Positions 35,922 through 46,802 of a stretch of 64,000 nt of DNA are shown in pieces (position 1 is the stretch's first letter; every line of letters begins with the position of its first letter). The stretch comes from a virus. The notes beneath the pieces were generated by a model. It saw only the letters and a list, made by a program, of their open reading frames with translations, was not told the origin of the DNA and did not search any database. The stretch lies in IMG/VR virus record IMGVR_UViG_3300042890_002721, positions 1 through 64,000 of that record; one strand, given 5' to 3'. The translations under genes were made by a program, and so were the position numbers.

Positions 35922-37133
35922 TTAAAGCGTGATTTTTATCGATAATGCTAAAAATTCGTTTATATTTTTGTTTATTTGTCTATCAGTCTTAGCCATAGCT
36001 ATTAAATTACCAAAAGAATCATATAACCCAACTTCACTAAATCTAGGGATATCACTACCAGTAAACGTAACGTTTGTAGATGCCCCAAATTCACCTCTAG
36101 CCGCAATACAATTAATGCTTTGATACACTGAAGTGGATACGCTATTAAAAGTGACTGTAGACGCTGTTGTTGCCCCCGTTAATACACCACCAATATTATT
36201 AACTATTGTTGGGTCTGTGATAACCAAGAATCCTTTATCTAAATAAGCGATACCAACTATAGTATCAGCTGTTTTAGCAATATTACTATTGGTTGTTAAA
36301 TTATATAGTTGTTTACCATTACTACTGAAAGGTTTATCAGTGTTGTAACCAGTACCCCAACTTAAAGATGCATCACCACCATTTGGTTTCATGATTGAAT
36401 CCGAAAATAACAAGGCTATATTATCACCTAAAAATTGTGTTGTTAAAGATGTGTCTCTAAGATTAGCATCTTCAATATTTAATGAACTACCTTTGTTTTC
36501 ATAAGTACTATAAATATTATACGTACCAGCTGAGGTAGGTAAACTTAAATTAATAGTTTTTCCATCAATTAATTCACCATATGATACATTATTTATTCCC
36601 ATAACTAGTATGTTTGATTGTGCAATACCAGAAAGTGCTGTATCTGAAAAACCACCATTACTAAATGTAACACCAGTATAATTTATATCTTCAGTTGAAC
36701 CTAATGATAAACCGAATGAATAAAATAAATTAACCAATGGGTCTGTTGCATTGTTATTCCTATCGATTAAATTTTGTGTCAATGAAGTTCCAGAAACAGT
36801 TGTTACACCATTATATAAAACATCACTAATTATTTGTGTAGATTGAGTTTCAACTGGTTTTGTTAATGAACCAGTAGTATTAACAACCAATACACTTCTA
36901 AAATTAGTATTTGGGTTAGTTCCATTACCTAATGTTGAATTAGGTCCTATTTCACCACCTAAAGATGGGACTTGACCACTACCCAATGAGTTAACAGCAT
37001 TGTAGTTAGCATCTGAATCACCAAGACTAAAACTAGTAATTAATGTATTATTTGTTGAGACAAGTAATTGTCTACCTATTGGTGTTAACTTTGCTGTTAA
37101 CGATATAGTTGTTGCTGTGTTATTAAATCCCAT
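35922..37133 (-). CDS. virion structural (baseplate/tail) protein
   Basis: AKLTPIGR...FSLGDSD N-term; SEVGLYD...LIAMAK C-term; paralogous to next gene. Confidence 0.75.
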   Translation of the reverse strand: MGFNNTATTISLTAKLTPIGRQLLVSTNNTLITSFSLGDSDANYNAVNSLGSGQVPSLGGEIGPNSTLGNGTNPNTNFRSVLVVNTTGSLTKPVETQSTQIISDVLYNGVTTVSGTSLTQNLIDRNNNATDPLVNLFYSFGLSLGSTEDINYTGVTFSNGGFSDTALSGIAQSNILVMGINNVSYGELIDGKTINLSLPTSAGTYNIYSTYENKGSSLNIEDANLRDTSLTTQFLGDNIALLFSDSIMKPNGGDASLSWGTGYNTDKPFSSNGKQLYNLTTNSNIAKTADTIVGIAYLDKGFLVITDPTIVNNIGGVLTGATTASTVTFNSVSTSVYQSINCIAARGEFGASTNVTFTGSDIPRFSEVGLYDSFGNLIAMAKTDRQINKNINEFLALSIKITL

Positions 37134-37135
37134 GA

Positions 37136-39283
37136 TTAAAAATCCATACTAAGTTCAATTGTTATTGTGTTTGATGCAAGAGTGATTGGTGTACTTACTT
37201 TACCAACACATACTAGATTTTTATCAGTATCATAAATACCAACTTCACTAATCTTAATATTAGGTGGGTTAGTTGACATATCTTTACTTCTAGTTGGATT
37301 TGTAGTAGAGTTAAATGTTGATGAATTTACATTTACATTAAAAATTGTTTTATATATTGTAGCACCAATGTATGTATTTAAGTTTCCATAAAATAATCTT
37401 TCATCACCAAATTGTAATGCATCTGGTGTCATATTAGCAGCTAAATTTAATAAACTGATAAGGTCAAAAGTAGTTGATGTCGCACCATTTATCATGTCTA
37501 AAACAAAACCAGTTGTTGATGGTACTTGACCTTCAAGTAATTTAGGGTCAATAGTTTCACCAGAAACACCAGTAATAGCTGTTGAGGTTAAATCAACTTG
37601 TTTCCATGAACCAGCATCTGGTCTAGTTGTTGAGTCTGGAATTATTTGGTATAATAATTTAAATTTCTTAGCGTAAAAACCGTAACCATCATATGTAGCC
37701 GATTCATATTTACGCATAAATGGTAATAAATCAGTTGAATTGATTTTAAATGCTACATCCTTAGCAGTATTTGATTCGTTTGTTAATTTTACATATTTCT
37801 GACAAGGCATACTAGAAGTTAAACCAGTTCCTATTTCATTTTCAAGGCTATAAGTTAAATAGATTGTACTGTTTATAGGTAAAATACCAGTAGAAGTACC
37901 ACCAGAAGGTGAAGAAATCGTTGCAGATAATTCTGGAAGTGTCCAATTTCTATTTGATTTGTAAGATGTAGCAGCCACTATCTCATCATCGTGTAAAACA
38001 ATAGTTTTTAATTGTGGATATACTCTACCAACAACCATTGGTGTTGCTGAATTTGAAAGATATGAAGAATCCTCATATAAATCCATGTATTCAATATCAC
38101 TAGTACCAATATATTGTGTCAGACCACTCGCTGTAAATTTCATACCCATTGTAGTACCACTTTCAGTTGCGTAAGCACTTCTATGATACATAAGGTCTGG
38201 CATAACAATACTAACCGTTTTACCATTTTGTGTATCTACATAGAAAAATTCACCATATAGGTTAGAAATAGTGTTATTAGTATAATGAATGATTGACACT
38301 GATTTACTAATATCATCTGGATAACTAATCCCAGGTCCATTACAACTAAAAGATAATGTGGTAGCAGTGCTTTGACATAAATATTCTAAGTATGGGTTTT
38401 TCTCACCCAAATAAGTATAAGAACCAAATTTAGTGTAATTTTCATACAATTTAGTTTTTGTTAAACCAGTTACACCAGCTAAATCTTCACACCAAACATT
38501 ATTCATATTCCAAACTGGTACATCATGACATGTAATGTTTGAAGCTGAATCGAATGAAAGTGTTCCAGAATCCCAATATGCAGTTGTGTTTCCAGTAGCT
38601 ATCGTATCATATACTTCACCACCTCTATAAACAAATACTTGTGAATTACCAGTGAAACTAGAATAATTAGGTAAATTTCTATCGATAGTAATGTTATACA
38701 TATCAATAATATCTTGTATTTTAAACCATAGATTTGGTAACGGTCTAGTATTCTCATCTGGTATTATAGTTCCAGAATAATCATTAGCTACCTTAATCAA
38801 AACTATATCACCAATTGTAAATGCCGATGTTGGTCCAATATTTAAATTTGTTGTTCCATCTAATATTAAATTACTTATTAAATTAGTGAAAGCAACATAA
38901 GTTTCAGTAGATTTTGTTGTATAATTACCACCAGAATAAGTAAAAAAACCTCTTTCTTCAGCTTGATTATTTACAACAGCTTTTATAACATTTAAGTTAG
39001 TGTTAGTTAAATCTTGATAAGGTGTTGCTGCATTACTTGGAGTAATATACGATTTAAAATTTGGTTGTCTATCTAATGGTCTTAGTATTTTACTAGTTTC
39101 ACTAAGTGTAGTATCACCAACATTAATTGCTGCATCTACGATAGCTTCTCTATTATAATTAAGTTCAGAATCACCGATAGCCCAATATGTAAAATTAAGT
39201 TTTCCTTGTGCTAACATTTCACGCCCAGTCTGAGTTAATTTAATACTAACAAATGGATTTGTATTTTTTATTATATATGACAT
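37136..39283 (-). CDS. virion structural (baseplate/tail) protein
   Basis: KLTQTGR...WAIGDSE N-term; ISEVGIYD...LVCVGK C-term. Confidence 0.75.
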   Translation of the reverse strand: MSYIIKNTNPFVSIKLTQTGREMLAQGKLNFTYWAIGDSELNYNREAIVDAAINVGDTTLSETSKILRPLDRQPNFKSYITPSNAATPYQDLTNTNLNVIKAVVNNQAEERGFFTYSGGNYTTKSTETYVAFTNLISNLILDGTTNLNIGPTSAFTIGDIVLIKVANDYSGTIIPDENTRPLPNLWFKIQDIIDMYNITIDRNLPNYSSFTGNSQVFVYRGGEVYDTIATGNTTAYWDSGTLSFDSASNITCHDVPVWNMNNVWCEDLAGVTGLTKTKLYENYTKFGSYTYLGEKNPYLEYLCQSTATTLSFSCNGPGISYPDDISKSVSIIHYTNNTISNLYGEFFYVDTQNGKTVSIVMPDLMYHRSAYATESGTTMGMKFTASGLTQYIGTSDIEYMDLYEDSSYLSNSATPMVVGRVYPQLKTIVLHDDEIVAATSYKSNRNWTLPELSATISSPSGGTSTGILPINSTIYLTYSLENEIGTGLTSSMPCQKYVKLTNESNTAKDVAFKINSTDLLPFMRKYESATYDGYGFYAKKFKLLYQIIPDSTTRPDAGSWKQVDLTSTAITGVSGETIDPKLLEGQVPSTTGFVLDMINGATSTTFDLISLLNLAANMTPDALQFGDERLFYGNLNTYIGATIYKTIFNVNVNSSTFNSTTNPTRSKDMSTNPPNIKISEVGIYDTDKNLVCVGKVSTPITLASNTITIELSMDF

Positions 39284-40158
39284 AAGTTTTCTTTTAATTT
39301 ATTTTTTATTTTTTCTTTATATGAAATTCTAATTAATTTTATCTTATTTTCAAGACAAAACTTATTTTTTATATTATCTTTTTTTTCTTGGTCAATTAAA
39401 CCATTAACACCACCCCATCTATCAATTATTTCAAAATGTTGTCTACCATCATATTCAATACATATATCCAACTCTGGGAGGTAAAAATCAAATGGTAATG
39501 GGTATTTATCCCTACAACCACTAAAAACATATTGTTGTATGTGTTTAATTTTATAATCTTCTAAAATAACCCTTATCTCACGCTCACCTTTTGATTCTTT
39601 ACATAATAAACAACCATGACCTTTAATATGTTTATCTGAAGATTGTTCAAATTCACCATGGATAGGACAAATTATTTTTATCTTTTTAAACGAACCTTTA
39701 TAATTCACTAATGAATAATCATATTTATTACCGTGTTTTTCTTTAACTTTATTAATATATTCTTCACTGTTTAATTGTCTACCAGAACACTTTAAACAAC
39801 CATGACCCTTTAAATGACTATTTGGTTCTTGTTCAAACGTGCCATGAACTGAGCATATTATTTTAACTTTTGTTTTATTATTTTTGTAGTCAACTAAAGA
39901 ATAATCGTATTTGTTGTTATGTAAATTAACTGATTCTTTTATAAAAGATTCGGTTGTTTTATTAACACCAGAACACTTTAAACAACCATAACCCCTTAAA
40001 TGACTATTTGGTTCTTGTTCAAATATATCGTGAGTTGGACATGTTATTTTTATTTTTGTTTTATTATTTTTGTAGTCAACTAAAGAATAATCGTATTTGT
40101 TGTTATGAATTAATTTTGCTTTTTCAATAAACGTTTCATTTGTTAATTTTTTACTCAT
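39271..40158 (-). CDS. homing endonuclease: repeated HxxKYDYS/CxxH...CxxC modules + PD-(D/E)XK (Vsr/DUF559-like) domain
   Basis: Three repeats; ESKGE...LPFDFYLP...IEYDGRQH; own start MSKKLT at 40158, in frame with upstream remnant. Confidence 0.85.
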   Translation of the reverse strand: MSKKLTNETFIEKAKLIHNNKYDYSLVDYKNNKTKIKITCPTHDIFEQEPNSHLRGYGCLKCSGVNKTTESFIKESVNLHNNKYDYSLVDYKNNKTKVKIICSVHGTFEQEPNSHLKGHGCLKCSGRQLNSEEYINKVKEKHGNKYDYSLVNYKGSFKKIKIICPIHGEFEQSSDKHIKGHGCLLCKESKGEREIRVILEDYKIKHIQQYVFSGCRDKYPLPFDFYLPELDICIEYDGRQHFEIIDRWGGVNGLIDQEKKDNIKNKFCLENKIKLIRISYKEKIKNKLKENLCHI

Positions 40159-40196
40159 ATTTTTATTTACTAATAAATATACACGAAACCAGAAAA

Positions 40197-40272
40197 GTGC
40201 TAATTGTTCACGACCTTTCTCCGTTAATTTAATACTAACGAATGGATTTGTATTTTTTATAATGTAACTCAT
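40197..40272 (-). pseudogene. displaced original 5' end of gene 37136..39283
   Basis: MSYIIKNTNPFVSIKLTEKGREQLA vs MSYIIKNTNPFVSIKLTQTGREMLA. Confidence 0.92.
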
Positions 40273-40329
40273 ATGTTATAAATATGTTTTTATCTTATTT
40301 TAGTTATAAATATTCAATAGTAAATAATA

Positions 40330-41757
40330 TTAGTACGAATTTATTGAATTCGTTTGTATTATAATTGGTATTATTTCACTATATGTAGTATCATTGATTA
40401 TATCACCACATATAGTTTTATAATTTTTACTATTCTTGACTCTATAGTATAGTGTAGTTCCAACAGTACCCGTTGCTGTAAATGTATCGTTATAAGCTGG
40501 ATGACCAACAATATAAGGTGTGTTACCACTATAATATAAATTACTAAATGTTTTACCACTACTTACTTCCAATGAGAAAAACCCATTATTTAATTCTGGT
40601 GCTGTTTTTAATGTCCATGACACTAATGGTCTGTTTGTGTAAATACCATTTACAACGTTTGTTTTAGCGTAATATGCTAATGTAATTATATCATCCAATA
40701 ATAAATCCCCTTCTAGTATAATTCTATTTGGATTTGTTGTTGATTGATAATAATCAATACCATTCGCTAATGTAGCACCATTTATCATAACAATCATCGT
40801 GTTAGTTTCTGTAGGTGTTACATTCGTATAAATTTCGTACTTATCAGTTTCAGAATTATAATATGCTCTATTGGTACCTTCACCATTTGTTGAACCACTA
40901 ACAATTGGGACCGATATGAATATCGTATCACCTTGTAAGTTATTAGCAACACCATCAGTACCAGAAATAATCGTTATTATGTCATCTGAGACTGTTTCAC
41001 CAGAAAGTGTTATGATATCACCATTAACTACATAATCGTAGTTTTTAGCCAATATTAGACCGTTAAGAGTTATTAACACATTGCCAACAATTGTTGTAGG
41101 TATTACAATATTTGTTATTTTAGCTTCTGGGAATATTATTAATTGATTTATCCCTTTAGCTGGGATAACATTATCCGTTGTTGTTTGGAATATTGGAACT
41201 TCAGCTGCTTTTATAGCTCTAAAGAAAAAGTCATCATTTCCATCATATAACCCATATTCAGAACCACTTCTATATAGTAATGTATCCACAGTTTTACCTA
41301 ATTTATTCATATATTCACTAGAAACATTGAATTCAAAATATCCTTTAACTAAGTATTCACCATCCAAAGATAAACCACTTAATGGTATTATTTGAGTTGT
41401 CGCACTTGTTGCACTAAAACCAGAATATTGTAATACTTCAGATTTATACATAGGTGGAATGTAGAACATTTCAGCATCCGTATTATATTTATATATTTCA
41501 TATTTGAATGTAGCTGAATTTGCTGTGAATGAATTGGTATTGGCTGTAAATTGGAAAGTTAATGGTATTGTTGTTGCTGTAGTTATAACATATGTTGTAC
41601 CAGTATTTCTGCTGCAATCGATTTTTGAAGCACCACTTAAATTAAACATTGGGTTTTCGAAAACAGAAATATCTGAACTCATATTAACATTCAATATATC
41701 CCTATTTCTAACAGCACCGTTATCATTTTGTATGTATATTCTCTCTTGGTATCTCAT
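40330..41757 (-). CDS. virion structural protein with beta-sandwich repeats
   Basis: LNGLILAKNYDY / INGATLANGIDY repeats. Confidence 0.75.
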   Translation of the reverse strand: MRYQERIYIQNDNGAVRNRDILNVNMSSDISVFENPMFNLSGASKIDCSRNTGTTYVITTATTIPLTFQFTANTNSFTANSATFKYEIYKYNTDAEMFYIPPMYKSEVLQYSGFSATSATTQIIPLSGLSLDGEYLVKGYFEFNVSSEYMNKLGKTVDTLLYRSGSEYGLYDGNDDFFFRAIKAAEVPIFQTTTDNVIPAKGINQLIIFPEAKITNIVIPTTIVGNVLITLNGLILAKNYDYVVNGDIITLSGETVSDDIITIISGTDGVANNLQGDTIFISVPIVSGSTNGEGTNRAYYNSETDKYEIYTNVTPTETNTMIVMINGATLANGIDYYQSTTNPNRIILEGDLLLDDIITLAYYAKTNVVNGIYTNRPLVSWTLKTAPELNNGFFSLEVSSGKTFSNLYYSGNTPYIVGHPAYNDTFTATGTVGTTLYYRVKNSKNYKTICGDIINDTTYSEIIPIIIQTNSINSY

Positions 41758-42005
41758 TAGTAGCTTATTTCTAGTGTTACCATTGGTAAATTATAATTAT
41801 ATTTATTTTTCAATCCAAAAGTAATTGGAATGGTTAACGCTTCAGTATATTCTGCTCTAGTTAAATTTTGTAAAATTGCTATAAAACCATTCATAGATAT
41901 ATAGTCTTCTAATTGTACTTCACCAGTAATAGATTTAACCAACACAACCTCACCAACTGGAGTTGTATGTATTTCACCTTGTATATTTCTTATTAATTGT
42001 GGCAT
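41757..42005 (-). CDS. hypothetical late protein
   Basis: ORF after TATTTATA. Confidence 0.7.
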   Translation of the reverse strand: MPQLIRNIQGEIHTTPVGEVVLVKSITGEVQLEDYISMNGFIAILQNLTRAEYTEALTIPITFGLKNKYNYNLPMVTLEISY

Positions 42006-42033
42006 ATCTATAAATATGTTTTTTTAACTATTA

Positions 42034-43056
42034 TTATTGGTTATTTTGAATTATCTCAATTGTACCCAAGTATTCTGAACCATTATCTATTTTTTTAATA
42101 TAAACACCAGTACATTTTTGTGTGTTAACATTACCTAATACTTTTAAATCAACACCAACATTGGTGTCTATTCCGATATATTCAACATCATTTTTTGGTT
42201 TAATACATGTATATAAATTACTTTTTTTATAAGCAAATTTTTGTTGGTCAAATATTGTATTCCCATAAATCTTAACACTACCCCATATCGTAGTTGCTGG
42301 TACAACTTGTTCAACAATATCAACCCAATATGAATCAATTAAATGTGAAAACTCATCCATATTAACATAATCAAAAGCTGAACTAGTTGTTGGACAATAT
42401 TCTGAACTATTAGTATATCTATCGTATAATGCTCTAAGTGTTGGATAACCAGATAAAACCTTTCTAGATTTAGCATCTATTAATTCAGAAGTTAAATAAT
42501 ATTCGAAATCTTCAATTGTTGTAACTGCTGATAATGGTTGTGTCATTAATAAATTAAAATCAACTGATTCATCACCATTACAACAATCATCTATATTGTC
42601 AGATAAATAACCTAATCTACCATTTCTAGACATACATTTACTAGTCTTTTTATCCCAATAAACACTAGGGAATGACTTATTTAAATAATTTGTATTTGTA
42701 TAAACTTCAGTATTTGCTGGATAACCAATATAAAAATAAGAATCAAAATATGATGTTGGAACTGATGGGAATTGTTCAATACCACTTTTCATAGCATTTG
42801 TTACATCATTTCTCATTTCATTAAACTTATTATTCATTACATTACATGAAGTTTCGGTTATTTGACTTGTAAAATTCTGTATATCATATGTACTACCAGT
42901 AAAATTACTAGAACTGTAGTAAACACCAAATGTTCCATCTGGATTATTTGTGTAAATATAATTACCAAATTCATAATGACTATACCAACCATCACCAATT
43001 CCAGTAATCATTGCCGCACTTATATCACCATAGTAACTATTATCGTAAAAATACAT
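42034..43056 (-). CDS. virion structural protein
   Basis: YWVDIVEQVVPATTIW...NTIFDQQKF; structural cluster. Confidence 0.7.
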   Translation of the reverse strand: MYFYDNSYYGDISAAMITGIGDGWYSHYEFGNYIYTNNPDGTFGVYYSSSNFTGSTYDIQNFTSQITETSCNVMNNKFNEMRNDVTNAMKSGIEQFPSVPTSYFDSYFYIGYPANTEVYTNTNYLNKSFPSVYWDKKTSKCMSRNGRLGYLSDNIDDCCNGDESVDFNLLMTQPLSAVTTIEDFEYYLTSELIDAKSRKVLSGYPTLRALYDRYTNSSEYCPTTSSAFDYVNMDEFSHLIDSYWVDIVEQVVPATTIWGSVKIYGNTIFDQQKFAYKKSNLYTCIKPKNDVEYIGIDTNVGVDLKVLGNVNTQKCTGVYIKKIDNGSEYLGTIEIIQNNQ

Positions 43057-43082
43057 ATATCTATTTTATTTATTTATTATCA

Positions 43083-46000
43083 TTATCCATTAATATACAA
43101 ACCATTTCTTGTAATCAATGTTAACACGTAATCTCTAGCAGCTAAAAATTCTTGTTTTTTATTTTCAATACTTCCAATAGCATCATTCACATCAAAAGTT
43201 TGAGTTGATGCAGTGGTTGGAAATTTAATCAATTTATTACCATCTTTTAAATTAAAATCATTGTTTGTTGCATAATAAGTATTACCAGATGTATCTATAA
43301 TATCTAAATGTACATAATAATTATCATTAAAATCAATAGCATCCACAGTATTATTCCCAGAATCAAAAAACGGCATACCAGAAGTACTACCAGTGATATA
43401 TGTTCCAAAAGGTATTTCATTATCATTTGTTGAATAATCAGATGCTAATGGGTTTGTATTATATTGAAAACCATTTGTATCAGCAACACCAATTGGTATA
43501 TTAAGACGAGATAACCCACGAATTGAAGTACTACTAACATAAGGTAACCCTAAACCAGATGATGAAGGGTCGTTAAGTCTATATTCTTCTTGATAAACAA
43601 TTGGACCATTTATCGAACCTTTTCTTATTGTTGTGGTAACATCAATTGGGATATAATCATAAGTTAACCCGTTGAATGGTTCTAATGGTCTATTACCGTT
43701 TATGTCTTGTATAGCTGTTAAATATAATCTTTTTTTTGATTGGGAGATTTCAATACCCATTATATTATTAACATTTCGATATTCTCTAACCCTAGTATTC
43801 ATATTACTATATTTAATACCTAAATCATTGTCTCTTATATCTATAGTTACATTATCTAATGTTAAAGTACATATTTTATTTATCGTTATCGTATCAATTG
43901 TTTTTGACACAACACTAGCACCAAATGTTATTCCATCACCATAAACATAATTACCAAAAGACACCATTGATGTATCAGAGACACCGCTAATTACATAATT
44001 ACCACCACTTAAAAATGTTGTTATACCAGTTATTGTAGTTATTAAATTAGATTGAATACTAAAATTATAAGTTATATCACCAGAAAAATCAGCAACACAT
44101 TGATTATAATCATTACCATTAATAGCGTAATATTTACAAAAGGTAATATAATCTTGTTTTAAAAAATTAACACTAAAAGCTTCTGGTATTGCATCCTTAT
44201 TTTTAGCCATACATTTTCTTTTGGTTGAATCCCATTGAACCGTAAATAAATCACGATAATCAAATAAATTACCATTTCCTTTTGTATTTACATTATCATT
44301 TACAACATAATTATTATAATTAAATGCATAAGCGGTATAATCATTTATGTAACCACCAATTACTGAACAAAATAATTGTGGTGTACCACTATAAGCTTTA
44401 ATTTGATTAGGGTTACCTTCATTTATATAACTATTTAAACTAACTAAAACATTTGTAGGTTCTAATGTAGCTGTTATATCTTGGATATAAACTTCTAATT
44501 CATCATTATTGTTAGATAAAAAATAAATAAAAACATCAGATGAGTTAATAATCATCAAATCACCACAATCACATTTAAGTATTCGAGGTGTTGGTTCGTC
44601 TAAATATTGGTATTCATTAGGTTTTGGTGTTACACCAAAAATATATGCTGGTTGGCTAAACGATACCTCACGATTAGCTTTATTATAAGCATTTTCAGTA
44701 GCAATACGCACTGCATCTAAATCTGGATTAAGGAAAACATTATAAGGGCTATCTTTAACCGTAAAATAAACATTTGCCGCTAAATCCCTTTCGTTCATTG
44801 ATTTTAACCATTGGTTTCTATGTTGTCTAATTGTAGTGTATATATCCTCTAAATCACCATAATTAGAATCCTTATAATCTATAATATTGAAACTACTTTT
44901 AAAACATGGTAATATTGGACAAGGACAATTATTTGTTTGAGTTAAAGCTGATAATAAACATGGGTTATCAGCAATATAACACCAAACATCTGTTTCTATA
45001 GCGGATGCAATGCTTATATCTAAATCAATTTCTTTTGTGTTTATTATAAGTCTTTCATCATTTACATCATAATCAGTTTGTCTAATAGGGTTTGTTGATA
45101 CATTATTTTTAATGTTAAATGTTCTATTTGTAAATGTTGTATTAGCAATCCATGATTTTTTATTATCAATTATTCTTTCTAATTCAAAACTAGGTGGTTT
45201 ACTTATAAACATTTTATTATCAGATACACGTGTACATGATTTATCCAAATGTATGTTATCAATCAACACACAAAAATCTGAACACGAATTATTTATCTTG
45301 ATACTTAATTTAATCTTTTTATTTGCGATAGAATTAATAATTGTTGGGTCTGATACAATTGTTTCATGATGTAACCATTTTGAACTAAATGAATTACCAC
45401 TTAATGAATTATTAAATAATGTTATATCAGATAACCCAGACTCAATAAATAAATCATCAATTAAATTTTCTCTTAATTCACTACATGAAAAAACATTATC
45501 TAATGAATTTATATCCATTGGAGTACAACCAGTTATACCTATAATAACTTCATTCCTATCTGGTTCACCACAAACTAAAAACCCAGTATCAATATTATTG
45601 ATTAAATAAGAATATAGATTACCAATACCTATTGGTGATAATAATGAATAAGTTGCAACTGTTGTTAAAGTATTATTCAATACAGCATCTAAAGTTATTT
45701 CAACATCTAGTGTCTCAAAAACATCGATTGGTTTTGTACATGTAGATGAAGATAATGTTGTTATACTAATTAACGTAGTGTTTAAGTTATTTAATGTAGT
45801 GATACATTGTGTTTGTTGACTAATAAAAGATTCTAAATCTATTAATAATTGTGTTTTAGTTCCAAATGGTGTTGTACACGCAAATGCTAATATTGGTTGT
45901 TGAACATTATTAGCATTGTTTAAAGAAATAATACTAGCATTTTGGTTGGCTAATATTTCAAAATCAGTACATGAATATGATGTTGCATCCCCATTTATAA

Positions 46001-46751
46001 ATCTATTATATCTATTACCTAATATTGTTGACCATGCAGCTAACCCTTCTTCTGTTAAACATAATATTTGTTTACCACTACTATATGATGGTGAAAAGTA
46101 TTGGAAAGGAATCGCACTATTAAAACCAGTATTTTTAAATGGAGATAGTAATGATTGTGATGATTGTGGGTTTATTTTTAATATTGGTTTAATAACTGTT
46201 GTTACACATTCAATACTATAACTAGTTTGACTAATCACTCGATTTAATTCAGTTATATGTTTAGATATAGTTTCACATAAAGACTCTTGTTCTAATATTT
46301 GGTTTTCAATATTTTTAATATCTTGACTAATAGAAATTTGTTGGTTTGATTGGTTTGATTGGTTTAATACTTCTGTAAGTGATTCACAATTAATTTTAAA
46401 TAAATAATCAAAACTAATTTTTAAGTCACAAACTTCATTACTATCATCAACATAAAATATAGTACCATCATTACCATATGGATTTATAGTTACTTTTAAG
46501 TTATCAATTAAACAATTTTCAGAAATAGGTTTCCATCTACATTTTTGAGAATCAATGTCAAATACATAATTTTTAGTGGAATCAAAAGTTTCACAGCACA
46601 TTTTATTTAAAAAAAATGGCCCATTAGGTGTGTATACTGATACGGTACCATCTGTATTTTCAACAACAGAACCGTTAATATCTTGTATATCATTTAGTGT
46701 TAAACATCTAGAGTAAATGTTTGATGCTCCACTTCCGTAAAAATAACCCAT
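43083..46751 (-). CDS. large Cys/Asn-rich virion protein (tail/receptor-binding candidate)
   Basis: 1222 aa; structural cluster; late motif at 46770. Confidence 0.75.
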   Translation of the reverse strand: MGYFYGSGASNIYSRCLTLNDIQDINGSVVENTDGTVSVYTPNGPFFLNKMCCETFDSTKNYVFDIDSQKCRWKPISENCLIDNLKVTINPYGNDGTIFYVDDSNEVCDLKISFDYLFKINCESLTEVLNQSNQSNQQISISQDIKNIENQILEQESLCETISKHITELNRVISQTSYSIECVTTVIKPILKINPQSSQSLLSPFKNTGFNSAIPFQYFSPSYSSGKQILCLTEEGLAAWSTILGNRYNRFINGDATSYSCTDFEILANQNASIISLNNANNVQQPILAFACTTPFGTKTQLLIDLESFISQQTQCITTLNNLNTTLISITTLSSSTCTKPIDVFETLDVEITLDAVLNNTLTTVATYSLLSPIGIGNLYSYLINNIDTGFLVCGEPDRNEVIIGITGCTPMDINSLDNVFSCSELRENLIDDLFIESGLSDITLFNNSLSGNSFSSKWLHHETIVSDPTIINSIANKKIKLSIKINNSCSDFCVLIDNIHLDKSCTRVSDNKMFISKPPSFELERIIDNKKSWIANTTFTNRTFNIKNNVSTNPIRQTDYDVNDERLIINTKEIDLDISIASAIETDVWCYIADNPCLLSALTQTNNCPCPILPCFKSSFNIIDYKDSNYGDLEDIYTTIRQHRNQWLKSMNERDLAANVYFTVKDSPYNVFLNPDLDAVRIATENAYNKANREVSFSQPAYIFGVTPKPNEYQYLDEPTPRILKCDCGDLMIINSSDVFIYFLSNNNDELEVYIQDITATLEPTNVLVSLNSYINEGNPNQIKAYSGTPQLFCSVIGGYINDYTAYAFNYNNYVVNDNVNTKGNGNLFDYRDLFTVQWDSTKRKCMAKNKDAIPEAFSVNFLKQDYITFCKYYAINGNDYNQCVADFSGDITYNFSIQSNLITTITGITTFLSGGNYVISGVSDTSMVSFGNYVYGDGITFGASVVSKTIDTITINKICTLTLDNVTIDIRDNDLGIKYSNMNTRVREYRNVNNIMGIEISQSKKRLYLTAIQDINGNRPLEPFNGLTYDYIPIDVTTTIRKGSINGPIVYQEEYRLNDPSSSGLGLPYVSSTSIRGLSRLNIPIGVADTNGFQYNTNPLASDYSTNDNEIPFGTYITGSTSGMPFFDSGNNTVDAIDFNDNYYVHLDIIDTSGNTYYATNNDFNLKDGNKLIKFPTTASTQTFDVNDAIGSIENKKQEFLAARDYVLTLITRNGLYING

Positions 46752-46802
46752 TATAACTTAATTTTTTTATATAAATACTTTAATTTTTTTTTTATTTATT
46801 AA

